Shown one piece after another: positions 13,501 through 28,600 of a stretch of DNA of 64,000 bases. A program made the translations under genes and the position numbers. Numbering within the stretch: position 1 is the first letter of the stretch; every line of letters begins with the position of its first letter. The DNA is taken from the NCBI GenBank assembly GCA_027604505.1, contig JADIIX010000004.1, positions 186,001 through 250,000 of the forward strand, read 5' to 3'. Origin of the DNA: Gonapodya sp. JEL0774 (lineage: Eukaryota). The notes beneath the pieces are model-generated. The model saw nothing but the letters and a program-made list of their open reading frames with translations. It had not been told where the DNA came from and searched no databases.

Positions 13501-14674
13501 TTTCTAGATGAGTTGGACAGTGAGGATGTTTCTTTGACACACAAACGTCACTGGAATTAAACGAAATCAACTCTGTAGAATGCGCAGGCTTCAAAATTGT
13601 GGACCATCAATCCATGGTAGAACAATCCCACGTTCAGAACGAGGAGCAAGGAACAGTCCATGGTCAAAAGAAGAACACTTCGGAGGAAGAAACCCGCACC
13701 TGCCGTCATAAATGCAAAGACAGGAAGGCATGCCTACACCTCTGTTGCAAGGAGGAGGTTTTCACCAAAAGCAAGAGGAAGCGGCCCTCTGAACACCCCC
13801 AGCCGCTTGACATGAAGGCTGCAAAGAAAGTTGCGGCGGATCCAGCGAAGTCTTCAGACGACGAAGATCCTTTACCCCAAATTGGTCCACATATTTTCAT
13901 TAGCGAAATGATGCCGGAACACGCACGAACTGGTGGTTTGTCTGGATCTCCCGTACTCTTTGGGAAGGACGATATTTCTTTTGCACCAAAACCTCCCCTG
14001 CCGAAACCACCTCCTCTCAAGTGGCTGGAGATTTCCAGCGACTCCGATTTCGAAGAATCCCCGAATCGCGCTTCACAACTAGCGAAGATTCCAAAAAAAG
14101 AGGAGGAGGGCGGTATGCCAAAGATCAAGCAGACGCAACTAGAGCTTGAAGGGCGGGCAGTGGTGGCGACGAAACTGCAACCCACTGCAAGTGCTCCTAA
14201 GAAATCAAAGCGTCGGCGCGTTATCATTGAAGACAGTGACAGTGATATTTGCGTCACTGAGCCCAAGCATATACTCGGCCCATGCGACTCCGTTGACCAG
14301 AGGGCTTCTGTGTTTGGACTTGATGACATTGACGAGATGTGTCGACGCCGTTAGTTTTTTTTTTTTGCCGGTTTCGCTTTTATTCTCCCATGATTGAAAG
14401 TGTTCTCTTCACAGGTAATGGAAGCGATGCGAGTATCCCCACATCATCCGCAGCTTCTCGAACCGGATTCCTGGACGACAGGTTTCAGCCAGTTCCTCCA
14501 GCTGTGGAGCCCTCTCCTGATTTTCGTGCACATGCAGTGAATTCGATGTTGACGGATCCATCGCCTGCGCTGACTACCATTTCTCGCAAGTCGCTGCCAA
14601 GTACCCTTCAGCCAAACGTTGCAACTGCTCTCCTCCATTTTCAAAAATTTCTTGAGAATGTTAAATTTGACTGA
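7510..14674 (+). CDS. MER3: Meiotic Ski2-like DNA helicase Mer3/HFM1 (multi-exon; start approximate)
   Basis: FPHFNAMQS, APTGSGKT, IVYLAPTKAL, KWDSLTRR, LLDEVH, SATVPN, GVAFHHAG, LAVGVNLPAH, AGRPQFD, Sec63-like region, C-terminal CRHKCKDRKACLHLCCK zinc finger. Confidence 0.92.
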
Positions 14675-15271
14675 GGCCCTTTTCTGAGTGCAGTATATAA
14701 GATTCATAAATTGTTGTTTACATAAAACAATGCAAACATTTCTGCTTTCTTGTTCGAACTGGGCATGTGCATGAGCGAGCGTAACGCAGAGAAGAACGAG
14801 GAGTGTTCCCTCTCATCATCTGTAGATGTTTTCAGATAAGTGTGCGCCCAACTTATCCTTATCAGGGTAGAATTGATCAGTAGTAGATAGGGGTCTGGTT
14901 GCTCTGCGTCTCATAATTCATTCCTTGACAAGCAAGGTTTGTTCCGTTGTCGTCCCAGCACTTATGACGACGTTTCCAATCACATGCCAGGAAGCACTCT
15001 TTCATCCTCAATCTGACAGGTTCCCCTTCCCACCGCGTCTGGACGCGCAAAGCGGTAAATACCCTCAAGGACTCTTCCGGAATACAGGAGCGCGAGGCTC
15101 GTTGTGGTGAGCGTTCGGTTGTGAGTGGACAAAGCGACAAGCAACAATCGAAGTGGCGCTTTCGACGCTTTGCAACAGATAAAGCTCATTCCCATTCATC
15201 AATCTTCAAGTATTAAGACATCTCCATCAATTGTGATTTACATCAATCGTCGGCACTCTCGTTGTCGCTGA

Positions 15272-17460
15272 ATGTCAAACATCTCACACCCTCCAGTCTT
15301 GCCTGGAATTGCAACCCACACCAAACTCTTTTCCACAAATCCTCTAAGTGATGATGAGGACGATGACCTCTACGACTCCGACTCTGAGTCCACACTGACT
15401 GACGGCCGCTGTGTGATCAACAATTTGGGCGCTAAATACGGGGTAGCCAGTTCTCCCAAGGATCTACCCTCGAGGCGCTCAAATTGGTCGAGGTTGAATG
15501 TATTTTCGCGACGATCACCACCGGAGACGCCCAAGATGCCGAAGAATCTCGACAGCAAGCGCTGCGATGCAGGCATGCGTTCTTCCATTGCAACATCCGG
15601 GTCTGTTCAACAGGCATCCTGTCCGGACCCCCTCGACCTGTCCCACCTTGGCCTCGGACGTGTTATAACTGACGATGCGGACTATTATATGTGGTTGGTC
15701 TCTTGCAAACTGCAGCTGATGGAACACTCGCATAACAGGTTGTGTAACCACAAATAGGTACCTATTCGACCTTGAACATTTTCTTTCACAAACGACTGAA
15801 CTCGGTAGTAAAAAAGACCCGAAAAATGAACTCGAAGGTGGATCGAGGGTGCCCATCCCTCCGTCGCCTGCGAAGCGAGGAATGAGCAGAAGTTGGTCGG
15901 TTGTGGTTACAAGCTCCACAGTAATGCCAAGTGACACTGTAAGCTTGATTTTGCCTGAACAGAATTTTAATGGTATTAACTCGCATCTAATCGTGCATCT
16001 TGTAATAATCAGAAGCACATCTCACCTGATCAAGTCTTACCCACACCGCCATCGTCCGCCGTGGATCTGACATCTTTGCGATCTGCGACAAAAGGCCTAC
16101 CCGATTTCACCGTGACTGAAAATCGTTCTGCCAACAACCACCCACCATTTTCGACACAGAGAAAGGTGCCTGCTACACCTCCCGGGTCGCCCAAGCCTCC
16201 AGCCTGGTCCGTGCTTCCGAAACCAGAGTATGAATCACGTTTTCCGTCGGGATCTCCACTGGGATATGCGGCGACCTCTGTGGTCAAAAAGTCGTCCCCA
16301 CGCCCTTCACACGTACCGACTTTCTCCCCAAAATCGCATCACCAAGACTCGTCGTTCTTCGACGAAGCTTGGCTTGCTAGCTATTACGCATCAAGGGGTG
16401 AACTTTTAGAATCGGCGTCGGACCCTCCGTCACGAGGTGAACCGAATGCAGATTTGTCACCGACTGAGGAACCCGAACCGCAAACCGACCCGCCACCGCA
16501 ATCTATCGCTGATTGTAACCTTTCATCGAGCAGCTTGATTGAGTGCGGCCAGATTGAATCTGCGGGGTTAATTCGCTCCCACAGCTTCACTTTATCCCGC
16601 CGGAATCCTATTGCTCGTTCACTATCTCACGGACGGTTATCCTCTCTCAATATAAACACGGAGCTTGTTGAAGAAGCAACTCGAGCCTTTCAATCAGAGG
16701 GACCTAGTGGAGTTGGGTCAGCATTAAGCCAACTAACAGCGGGACGGTTTGTTGGAACTATCCGATCTTGGGATGGGACAGCAAAGCGTCTGGTCGCGCA
16801 TTTGCGTACTTTTACTGAAGAGCTTGGCGTCAGTACAATGGATTCGACAATGTCACATGTGGAAGTGGGAACCAGCGGACTTGGGGTCGCAATGGTGCCG
16901 CGACGTGTGTTGGCAAATTCTGTCACTGATGGACATCCACGTGCAGGAGCAGCCGTCACTGTGACTTTCATCAAAGGCGCACATTATGGAGAGAGCTTAT
17001 CGCCTGTTCAGGAACCGGCCCTTCCGTTGAAGTACATGAGTTGCGCGTTGGAACTCGCATTTCCAGAATTGAGTCCTCGTGATACCCGTCAAATCGCTGG
17101 ACATTTTTTACACCTCCCTAGGGACTCGCGCGCTATATTGCGTGAACGAATAGGCTGGGCGCCTGCATCAAATGTGGAGGCCGCCGGGGTGGAGCTTGTC
17201 CGTGAAAACGAATGGAAAGAGTGGAGAGTGAAAGAAGCGACTAAGTTTCGTAGCGATTCTATGCCGCGAGAAAAGGTTGTTGTGTGTGGCAGTGTGGATA
17301 GTTGGGCTGGAATGGTGCAGGTAAGACCGCCGTCGTTTCGAGCAAGAAGAGAAGGTCAAAAAATCTTATTTTCCTGCAGGCGTATCGGACGAAAGTGTCC
17401 TGGCTACGTAAAGAGGAACCACTGCACCATCGAAGATCAAGCGGAGCGCGCATGGTCTGA
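15272..17460 (+). CDS. Hypothetical protein: low-complexity N-terminus and a C-terminal globular domain
   Basis: Consecutive long ORFs 15272-15757 and 16061-17464 linked by GT-AG introns; last exon ends GARMV-stop. Confidence 0.65.
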
Positions 17461-19089
17461 TTAGACAAAATGATCTCTTTCCCGAGGACTCATTTTCGCA
17501 GACTCTCGATCGACTAATAACTTCCTACATGACCTCTTTTACTTCCTGCTCTCAATCGATTTTCACCCATCATCTAAGTTCTTTTTAGTAGTGCCTGTTA
17601 CAACTGTAGTCTGTCTCCCTGTGTCTTTAGAACATCCTGCTTTCTATCATCCAGTGTAGTCGTTCGTTTGTACGTTCAATGTTTAGAACATCTTGTACAA
17701 GTACAAATCATTATTTTGGTCATACATATCGACGGGAATATAGATTGAACATCGGGCGTCGAAGTTGACTTTCACATGCTCGTATAACGTCTCCAAACAA
17801 TCATTCGAGTCTTGTCCACGAATTCCTCACTACACAAGTGATAAAATCCTCCTTAAATAATTGCTTCAGCCCTTTGAATCCGGAAACTATACGAGGCATG
17901 TGTGATATTTCTGTTATAACTTTGAAATCCGCCCCTTCAATACGTAGCACTTTCGAGCATACATGAGCTTAGCAAAGAAAAGGCGGACCACCACAGCTTG
18001 TCAATTATTTATACCACCACATATCACTCTTCTATATTTAGCCGTGTGATATTTAGCCACCTTCTCCTGATGCAGCTGGTAACGCGTGAACCCTCTCCCC
18101 TTCTACCTGCGTGTACATCACGGGCCAGATGTTGAACCCGTCAGACAGCCATGACTGCGCAAAACGCTGTCACTGAAGAAGTCGCTCCAATTTGGAGAGT
18201 AGCATCTCTCGATTCACCAACAATCCGGAACAGAAAAGCAACGGACACTGATAGCGAGCATCCCAGGCCAGGAGCACGGTTTTCATGCATTCTGTCTCTC
18301 ATTTCTCCCGTAATGCAAACGGAGAAGCTTCTACTGGATCCACAATTTTATGCCATTACCTATATATGAACTTCAAGGGATTCATGTGCGAAGAGACACC
18401 ACTTGAGCAGCGTAAATGAGAAAGGAGAGATATCAAAAAGATGTATCTGACGTTACAGTGAGTATTTCTTGTACTTTCTTTACATTCGCCCGCACTTTTG
18501 ACTGCTCGCGGTTGCGAATCCGGAGCAAGACCTGAAACAGCCTGGCTGACACGTTACCAACGTCTTCACACAGGACTGCGGGCTTGGCCGACAGTAGGCC
18601 CTGCACAGATTCACAAATGTATGTTACGAAGTCTTCAGGAACGAGAGGATAGGGCCAGGCGTCCAGCTACTCACGTAGTCGAGAAACCCCGCCATCACAT
18701 AGTAGTTGACCCCATGAGTCCCGTATTGTTGAAATGAATTAAGTTCGTTCTCGGATTGTGCTTGACTAGATAATGCTTTGAGTTTTCCCAATATCAAATA
18801 AATAATTAGTTCCTAGCCAAACCTGCATCTCAACTTCATATCCGTGATTTCTCAATAATCTCTCCCGCCAGGTCGTGTAGAGCATAGCCGTGAAGCAATT
18901 TTCAAAGATATAGTTAAGACTCAATCAGTTCAGTTCGGAGTTTTGGGTTTTTACTGGTCAACAGTGTTGTGTGCAAACTCGCCCTCATACAAAACCGTAC
19001 AACTGGTCTTCAGGAAGAATTCCTCTGCGCGTCGCGGTTCCTCAACTCGAATCCCCATTTTCGCGCAATCTTTTGCAACTTTTTCACGA

Positions 19090-22000
19090 ATGGCGGACGA
19101 CGAGTCTTCTCGCTTGCCGGACATCACAGATCTTGGGTACTTCGCAACGTCAGACTCATTCACTCCTGAGGAAACACTGTGGGGTAACGGAAACACTGAT
19201 GACTTTGTGCCATCGCACCTCGTACCGAAAAAACAATCAGAAAAGGATGGATTTAGTGTCGTCCTGGGAGTACCAGCATTCGGGCGTCAGGTCGGAGTAG
19301 ACGAAGTTATGGATGAGAATGAGGATGAGGATAATGACCTTGGGCCACCGCGCAAAAAGTTCGCCATGGAATCTCATACGCCTGGCTTGGAATCTCGTCA
19401 GCAACCCTCAGGATTCGGCTCTAAATCACGACAGCCTGCGCGGTTATCTGAGGATCTGACCAAGCTTGCACAAGCCAGGTGGAAGAATGTAAGCGCTCAG
19501 GACGTTGACAATGTGGTCGAGCAAATTTGGGAGGTGATCGTGGAAGCCCGATTCGAAAATTCTATTGTAGGCATGGTAGAAATATCTGGGGGCCTGGAGG
19601 TGAGAGAAAAGTCTGTTCCAACACACGAAAATCGAAGGAGGATGTTGCTTGCTGAATTGCAACACTTCTCATGCACAGTTCGTCTGGCAGCACCTCAGTT
19701 CCTCATCTCCTACTCCAAACATCCTTCTAGCCGCTTTGCTGTTGCTCGAAAAGAGCCGTCACGACTCTTCATCAGCATGGACTTCAGTGCTAGGCCATCA
19801 ACATGATGCCTCAGAAGCAGATGTCAAGAGAGTTGAACATTTCTGCACTCGTGCCTTCTCAATATCACTCAGTTCCATTCAAAATGCTGCCAGCGCTGGT
19901 GGAAACCCTCTCCTGCCAGCGCTCCTACTCCTTCCTTTCATCGCATCGCTTTTGGCTCATCTTGAGATCCCTGCTGTGCGTGCTCAGGTGGCTCGCGTGA
20001 CGGGAGTTGGGATGTGGTCTCACATCACTGAGGATACACGGAAAGAAGCCCTCGACGAAGCAGATCACGTTAAGAAATCGTGGGATCGATGGAATAAGAG
20101 AGTCAAGGAGGCTGGTATGTGCGCGGTGTGAAAGATGTCATGCCGAAGCACTCTTTCATTCATGTTTTGTGGCGATTCCTTCGTCACATACCATGAACCA
20201 GACCACGCTTCACGAGCTCTCCTACTACAAGATGCTGCCTTCATCCCCTCTCTGATATCTCACTCGCTTCGACTTCTCCATGTGATTCCTCAACCGCCAC
20301 ATGCCGAGCATGTTATGGCGTATGTTATTGACTTCGTGATTGACATTTTATCTACGGTTCCCACCCGCCGTTATGCCGACATTGTCATTCGTGATAGTCT
20401 TTTTGTAGAAGAGTTGCAGTCTTCGCCGCTGCTCGCCGAGGGGAAGCAAAACAAGCACAAGCAGTCCGCGGATCAGCATGCTCTTCTGCCGCTCCTGTTG
20501 AAACGTCTCGAGGACATACTCACTCACCCAATTGACCCGCTCACGGGAGCCTTCCTTGACCACATGCAAGTGCGCTCTCGCCACGCCAAATTGATCGCAC
20601 GAGTTCAACGGGAAGCCTTCTCAAACCCTACCTGGAAGCGAGCATACGAGTCACTGGCAATGCCCGGTGCCGGTAAAGTGGGTGACGGTGCCTACGTCGC
20701 GTCTGTTGTACGTAGTTTTCCAAATGACCTGGTGACAGAAGTTTGCAAAGCCGTTGGGGTTCGAACTCGGAGGTTCGACGTCCAGCAGGAAGGGAGAGAA
20801 TACGGAAAGGAGTTCTTAGTCAGAACAGTGGCTCGGAGAATGGCAACACCCAAGGGATTGGAAGAAACGGTGGCGGAGGTGGGAGCTTGGCCAGACGAGG
20901 TGAGTCCACCCATCTTGAAGGTTCCCTACTTTACTCCATGACAGCGTCGGATTCTTTTTCCGTTAACATAGGCTTCAATATTTACACCTCTGACAGCGTC
21001 AATACCACCCACCCCTCCACCTGGGCTTCCATTGGGATTACCTCTTCCGCTCCCTAAACTCTCTCTACAATACCTGTCACATCCAGATGCTCTTTTGAGA
21101 CATCTGTACCTGGCTCGGATCGAAGCATTTTCTGCTATTCGCACTGATCTGGAAGATGCAGTGAGTCGAGTGGCTCCTACATACAACGCCGACAAGGGAA
21201 TGACAACATTTGCGGGATGGGCTCGTATGGCCATACCTCTTGAGAATTGCAAAGTCTCAGAGGTAGGCCCACCTCGTGTTCTTGGCGCAGACCGTGTCGG
21301 CGGGACTGAGGTTCCGAGTTTTGTGAAAGCGGATTTGACATTTAGCCTTCATCGTGCATCTGACGTGGTCCGGCGCGAATGGGACGCTCTCACTCCACGT
21401 GACGTTGTGTTCCTCATCACCTGCGGACCTCGTGTTCCGGAATCCACCGATCCGTTGTCGCATCTCGGAATCCTGCATATCCGTACTGCAGAGATTCTTG
21501 ACCTTCTGGACACACAAGGAAGGCCTTTAGAAGGGTGGTCGCGTGCAGGAGGTACTCGTGCATATGAGCTTGAGACAGAGGCTGGAGTTCCAGACGTCAT
21601 GCCTTCTGACGCGCCGACTGCACCGAAGTGGAGGCGTGACGACGAACCTGACGGCAAATCCCGAAAGCTAACAGGCATGCAACGCACTTATCGTGTACTG
21701 TTGGATCCCATCAAGTTCTCCAATGATTTGATTCGACATCCAACCCCGTCCAACGATCCTACCCAAACGTTTCACTCGGGATTCAATCTTCTGGTGCGGC
21801 GTAAGCCCGCGGAGAATAATTTCAAGCCACTGCTTGAGACAATTCGTGACTTGGTGATCCAGGGAGGGGCTGGAGTACCGTCCTGGCTGCAAGATGTGTA
21901 TCTCGGTTACGGTGATGTGAAGGAAGTCGGGGGTTTCGGAGTGAAAGACCCCGTTAGAGTCATAGATGTGGGAGACGGATTAGGTGGATGGAATGCTCTT

Positions 22001-24543
22001 CAGTCTTGGGCCAAAACGAAGGGCTGGGTGAGTCTCAATGTCCAGTATGCGATTGGTGTATCAGTTGTCTAATGACAATATTCGTAGGTACTGAAACCAA
22101 AGGCTGACAATCTCATAATGCAATCGACGCAAAGATCGACAGACCTTGAGCTTACTCCCCCATATGTGCTCTCGTTTGCTCCGCCTCTCTTCACTGGTAG
22201 TTTGACCGGCTCACATAACCCCAATCTTCAACAAGTAACACCGGGTTCCCTCAAAGCCATCAGAAATATTGTCGACTTAGACGAACGAGACTGGAAAGAA
22301 ATTTCAGTCACTAACGGGAAGTCGAAAGTTAAGGAGAAGCCGAAGGATAGCAGTGGGAAAGGGGAAGGAGGCGTACGCGAAGTCGTTGTTCGAACATACA
22401 AAGAGGTGAACATGGGACCTTTCCCGGAGGATCTAAAGAGGCGAAACACATTGCAGTTCACTCCCACTCAGAGTGCGTAGAATGCGACTTATCTCACCCT
22501 TACCCGCACACATTTTGATTCTCTTGGCACTATTCACCATCATTTTTCTTTGAACAGTCGATGCAATTCTCTCCGGAGTACGGCCAGGTCTCACTCTTGT
22601 CGTGGGACCTCCTGGCACCGGGAAGACCGACGTTGCAGTGCAGATTATATCTTCCCTTTACCACAACTTTCCAACTGAGCATATCCTGCTCGTGACGCAC
22701 TCAAATCAAGCATTGAACCATATTTTTGAGAAAATCGCTCAAATAGACATCGATCCGCGCCATCTTCTCAGATTGGGACATGGCGAGGAAGAGCTTGAAG
22801 TGGAGGGTGACTGGGGAAAGTTTGGTCGTGTAAACGCATTTTTGGACAAGCGTTTGCGTCTTCTGGGAGAAGTTCAGAGACTCAAAGATACTCTTGGAAT
22901 CCCCGGCGAGCATCACGGCACCTGTGAGACCGCAGGATACTTCTTCCTGTTCCACATTCTGACGCGTTGGGATCCCTATTGGAGCAAGGTCAAACAGTCG
23001 GTAAGGGAAGCTAGAGCGGCTAAGGACAAACAGCAAGTAGACGCACAAGAGGCTGCGAAGAAGTATGTCGTCGGGAGTTTTCCCTTTGATGCTTACTTTT
23101 CCTCGGTCCTCGAAAGATCAGTATTCCCGGAGACCTCTGAACTCGATGACCTTGTAGAGATTGCGGCCGGGTGTTTCAGGCACATTCGGCGTGTGTTTGA
23201 TGAGCTGGAGGAAGTTCGGGCGTTTGAGCTGCTGCGCACGAATCATGACCGATCAAATTATCTGCTCGTGAAGGAAGCTCGAGTTGTCGCAATGACTTGT
23301 ACCCACGCGGGTCTGAAGCGCAGAGAACTAGTGCGTCTCGGGTTTAAGTACGACACCGTGATTATGGAAGAAGCAGCTCAAGTGACGGAGGTTGAATCGT
23401 TCATACCCATGGCATTGCAGATTCCAGAAGAGGACGGTGGAAGCCGCTTGCGGCGTCTGATTATGATTGGTGACCACAATCAGCTCCCACCCGTCGTCAA
23501 GGACATATCGCTTCAACGTCATTCTAACATGGAACAGTCACTCTTCACACGGTTTATTCGGTTGGGAGTTCCTTGCATCGAACTGGACCAACAAGGACGA
23601 TCCAGACCGTCCATTACTGACTTGTATAGATGGCGCTACAGAACCTTGCATGACATGCAGGCTGTCGTTGCCACAGACGCATATAGGTTTGCAAATCCAG
23701 GTTTTGGGTATGAATATCAGCTTGTGGATGTTGGTGACTTCCAGGGTAAGGGGGAAACTGAACCTTTGCCTTGGTTTTACCAGAATCTTGGTGAAGCTGA
23801 GTACGTCGTGGCTGTTTATCAGTACATGCGACTCTTGGGGTAATTTTGAAATGAGCTACCGGTTACAATTCTTGATGCAACTGACTAGTTGTTTCTTGCA
23901 GATATCCTGCGGATAAGATTGCTATCCTCACAACTTACAACGGGCAGAAAGAGCTCATCAAGGATGTCCTCCAACAGCGCTGCGCTTGGAATCCTTTATT
24001 TGGTCGACCGAGCAAAGTCACTACTGTTGATAAGTATCAAGGACAACAAAATGACTGTAAGTTCACGCGCTCAGTAAGATCCACTCGTGAGTCATTACCA
24101 CAAAAAATGGATTATGTCTATTAGACATCCTCCTCTCCCTTGTGCGAACACGATCTGTTGGTCACCTTCGGGATATCCGCCGTCTTATTGTAGCTATGTC
24201 TCGTGCGCGACTTGGCTTGTACATATTCTGTCGGAAGCGTTTGTTCCAAAACTCTGTGGAGCTCGAACCGACCTTCGCCAAACTCCTGGAACATCGAGAC
24301 AAGCTTGTCGTTCGATCGGGTGAACGGTACGGTGAAATGAAGCGCGCTTTGTCAGGAGATAACGGCAGCGAAGATGGGGATGGATCGTTTGAGATCGATG
24401 ACGTACAACACATGGGGCGTTATGTGTTTCAAATGACTCAGGAGGTAATAGCGTGGGCGAAAAAGCAGAAAGCTGAAAGAGAAGCGTCTGAGGCTATGGG
24501 AGAGCAGATTATGGACACAGAAATGGACACAAAAGAAGATTGA
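19090..24543 (+). CDS. AQR: Aquarius / intron-binding spliceosomal SF1 RNA helicase
   Basis: [92 protein letters not shown]. Confidence 0.96.
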
Positions 24544-25649
24544 GTATGTACTGGATACCAACACCTGTTAGCAGACTAAGACTACTATTAGATCACCAGG
24601 TTGAGCGAAGAAAAAAATTCGCCGAAATCTCAGGGTTCGGCCTAGGAACAAGAGATCAGCGTACTGTCGGCGTGGTGTCTTCACCCGGGATATGCTTCTT
24701 TGACGACATTTATTTCGTTGATGTGAACATGGATTCCGATTAGAGAGAATCAGAGGAATGATCACATACACATAGGAAAAGGCTAATGTTTTAGTGAATA
24801 GTAGTCAAAGATACGGAATTGAACAGGAACTTCTTCAACAAGGAAGGTACAGATTCATGAATATTATACCAGAGTGACAGTGTGTTTGAGCGATGACACA
24901 GCAAGACCCAAAAATATGTGGATTAATACATACTGCCTCAAGATGTAGCCGGCTGGTTGGTGGCCGAACATGCAGTTCATTGCATCCCGCCCCGTTCTCT
25001 TCATGGCCAAGGTGTGGACGGTTCCGTGAGCCCAGACGACACCCAATGAATATTGTACGTAACTTGTAAAACGTGCCATAAACTAGCTATATGTATCAGC
25101 TCATACGGCTGTGGTCAACCCCGAATGTCACGGTAACACAACAAAGGCTGGGAAGCCTAGGATGGGTGTGCCTGCCTCTCGCCAAGGGGGGGATTGGGGG
25201 GGGCACGTGGTACTGGTCCGCTCGACCCGCCCCAATGGTCGACTTCATGGACTTTGTGTTTCAAATTTTGCAATCGGGCACCGTGGGGAGAGGCGAGCAT
25301 TCCAGCCTTCGCGTGGGGGCTATTTGTGCGCAAAGTCCAACCTCACATTATTACAAAGAAAGTTGCACATTGTTGGGAGTTCGCGAATCACCTCGCGGCC
25401 GGCTTACCGGAGCAACCGCGCAACCACGCCCACGCAATCAAATGTCTGCTCGCGATTCTTATCTCTTTCGTATCTTTATTTCCTAAACGTCAAACACGCA
25501 ATCCCTTAATTTAATCTTTATCGCAGTTCCCTTTCTTTCAAATTCATGACTCGCAATAATACGCAAAACTCAATACTTCGAATGTCGCTTTCAATTGCGC
25601 ACTTGTGTAAAGTATGCAGTGCATATGTTAGAAAATTGATCCAGCTCCA

Positions 25650-28600
25650 ATGAACGGTGAACTGTTTCACTAAACACTCAGCAAACTTAATTATATTTCG
25701 ATCCACTGGCTGTTCACGCGAACAATACTGGAGCTGACGGGATTCAACATTTTTCTTGGATACATCGTGGAAAGTTGGAGCTCCCCGGAACAGATCCACG
25801 GGGGAAGATGGGAGAGCTCCCGATGCGCCTGTTTGTGCGGACTAGTGGGGACGGGATTCCGCGAGATGAACGCCTGATTCCATTTCGTGTGGACATTGTC
25901 GGTCAAGTGGCGGATGCGTTCGTGGGACTGTCTTTCGCTTGGACTTTTCTCCTCCCCCAACTGTCTGGGGAACCAGGGACAGTGGGATCCGGTAGTCGAG
26001 GATCAAGACGCGAGGCCTTGTTGACTGTTCCTTTGCGCGAAGGTTGGACGGTCACAGGGTTTCAGGTTGAAGCACCTGGAGTGAGACCTTTTCAAGGACG
26101 TTGGAGAGCCGCTACTCAGAGGACTTCCGACATCGTAGGCGTTCCCATCGGAGTGCTACGGCGTGGGAATGATGAAAGTCGAGGTAAGGATCCTTCTCTT
26201 GCGGTTGCCAAAACAGCGGTGGAATGTTCAGTGGACTGTCACAATTGGAGGCTTCTCTCACGGAGATGGCTTTACAGAAGCTTCGGAACTCGATGAATTC
26301 ATCTGGGGAGCTTTGAATATGCATGGTGGACTGCGGTTTTCTGGTTGTCATGCAGAGCCGTCAATTTGTCATCGTCAATGCTGTTCATTCGCATTAACAT
26401 TCAATGATTCTGTGAATGGAAGATTAGTCTGGGTGATGCAAAGTTTAGCATTTACATTCAAGTGAAGTTCACCGTGCAATTTCGCCACCAAACCTTCGAC
26501 TTTAATGCCCTCAGCTTTTGAACTCTCTCTCACTCCGATTCCGTCTGTGTACACAATCACCTTCCGCGTCACTTTGGCACTGTACCTTCAATCGTCGGTC
26601 CCTGATTCACGTACGTTGGTCATCCCACGCAGTTTCGTTCCCCCTTCATCGAAACGACCCCCGAATCACTTGGATGGAACGTCTTCACCTGCGATCACCG
26701 TGGCGATTAATATCCTTTCATCTACTGGCCCACTCTCTCATTTGTCGTCACCGTCCCACCAATTCTCCATTTCACAATCCCCGGACGATCCTAAACGGTG
26801 CAGCTTGGTGCACACTTCTCAACAAGCATTCTTCGATCGAGATTTTGTAGTTGAATTACGGAGCCCAGGATTGATGAGAACGAGAGCTCTTGTGGAGCAG
26901 GCACCATCGACATATGGGGGAAAGTGCCTCGCAGTGGAAGTTGTGCCACCAACAGAAGTATTCGTACCTGGAAACGGGATTGAGGTGGTTTTGGTGGCTG
27001 ATAGGTTGGTTTTCGTTCATGATCATTATTGGTGAAACGGGCTGATTTGCAATTCCGTGGTCCCGACTCGTCTCCTATGGTTGTTCAGGACTCCCTCTGC
27101 CAGTAGATCCACAGCATCTCTCCTCCTCACTCTCCTCAATTACCTTCCTCCTTCGGTTGCTGTTCGATTAATTGGATTTGGTTCTTCACACGACTCCATC
27201 CTTCCTTGCCCCGTAGTCGTAGGTGAACCCGGCTTCCAAAGAGTGAGGAAAGAGATTTCACAATGGTCGGAGGAAGAATGGGGGATGGGAGGTAGCGGTG
27301 GAGTCGTCGGTGCCTTGGAGGAAGCTGTGTGTGGAACGTTGGGACCACAAGTTATGCGGTCGGTTGTGGTGAGTCTGCCCTTGGTTTCGGGTCATTGTTT
27401 TCCTTAAGTTTCCCTAATGCTCGCACTCAATAGCTTCTTTCGGATGCGCGACACCCCCTGAAATCTTTGGAACCGATCATCCAACGTGCCAGCACTAGTT
27501 CTCCGACACGCTTTTTTTTCATTCCTTCATCCGCAGTCGCGTCGAACTTTGTTGACTCTCTAGTGCGGCTTGGTGGGGGCAGCGTTTTCTCGTTCCAAGA
27601 CGCAAATAATCCAGCATCGTGGGGAGCTTTCGTTCGGGACATCTGCACACCTCTGATATGGTCTCCCTTTTTGGATATTCCTGGCCTTGGCCGCGTTACT
27701 GCACCTGTTCTACCTGGGAAGCTCCCTTCGGCTGCGCGTGGAGATTCGTTCTCGTCGCCTCAATCGCCATCTTCTGGGTGGGGGGCTCAAAGTTCCATTT
27801 CTGGCACACCAGATACCTCCGTTTACTTTTTCCCGAGCCCACCACCGTCCAAGGAATCCCTATATTTGATGAAACCTGGTGCCCTCGTTCTAGGTGGCAG
27901 ATGGTCCATGTTCGTGTACCTGCCTCTGGAAGTTCCTGTCCCTGCAAGAGTTGCGGTGGGTTATTCAACATTGGGGGGACCAAGACGAGAGGAGATTTCG
28001 GTGCTTAAGGTCGAAGCTTCCGGTATTCCTGGAGTGGGTTTTGAAGGAACGGACCGAAATAATCTGGAATGTGAGTAGTTTTCTTCCGATCAAGTCAATA
28101 TGTGTGGCCAGTGCTGCCAGATCTGGGAACTGAGGATTCTCATCTTTTCAAACCTGTCAGTCGGTTTGGCACCACCTTCGGCCCGGCGACAATTGCGAGC
28201 GGCTCCGGTGGTGTCCACAGCTCAGTCTCAATCTCCAGGTCTTGCTGGCGATCGCAGCACTCAGAAGCTTAGTAACGGTCATCATCAGTATGCACCATTG
28301 CTCAATCCGCAATCTCGGTCAACGTTACAGGAGAGAGGTGCCATGGGTGCAATGGCGCCCCACGGTGTCCTCAATGGTGTCCATGGACAACATAGTTCGG
28401 TGGAGCAGCCACATCTCGTTCCCCTAAGCTCCTCTGATCCGCGCTACGTTGATGTTCGGGGGCCGCCACCAGATCTTGCCGCTTCAGCAACCCCATCTTC
28501 ATCCGCATTAGCACCTAGCACGCCTTCACATGGTTCAACCCTTCGCTCCCGCCCTTCTTTCTCTGGCATGTCTGCATCCGCCGGTATCAAAGCTGCAAGG

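Noticed and set aside
17760..18900. Possible small spliced gene or selenoprotein on the minus strand
   Set aside because: Splice-like signals exist, but I found no coherent recognisable reading frame and no SECIS.
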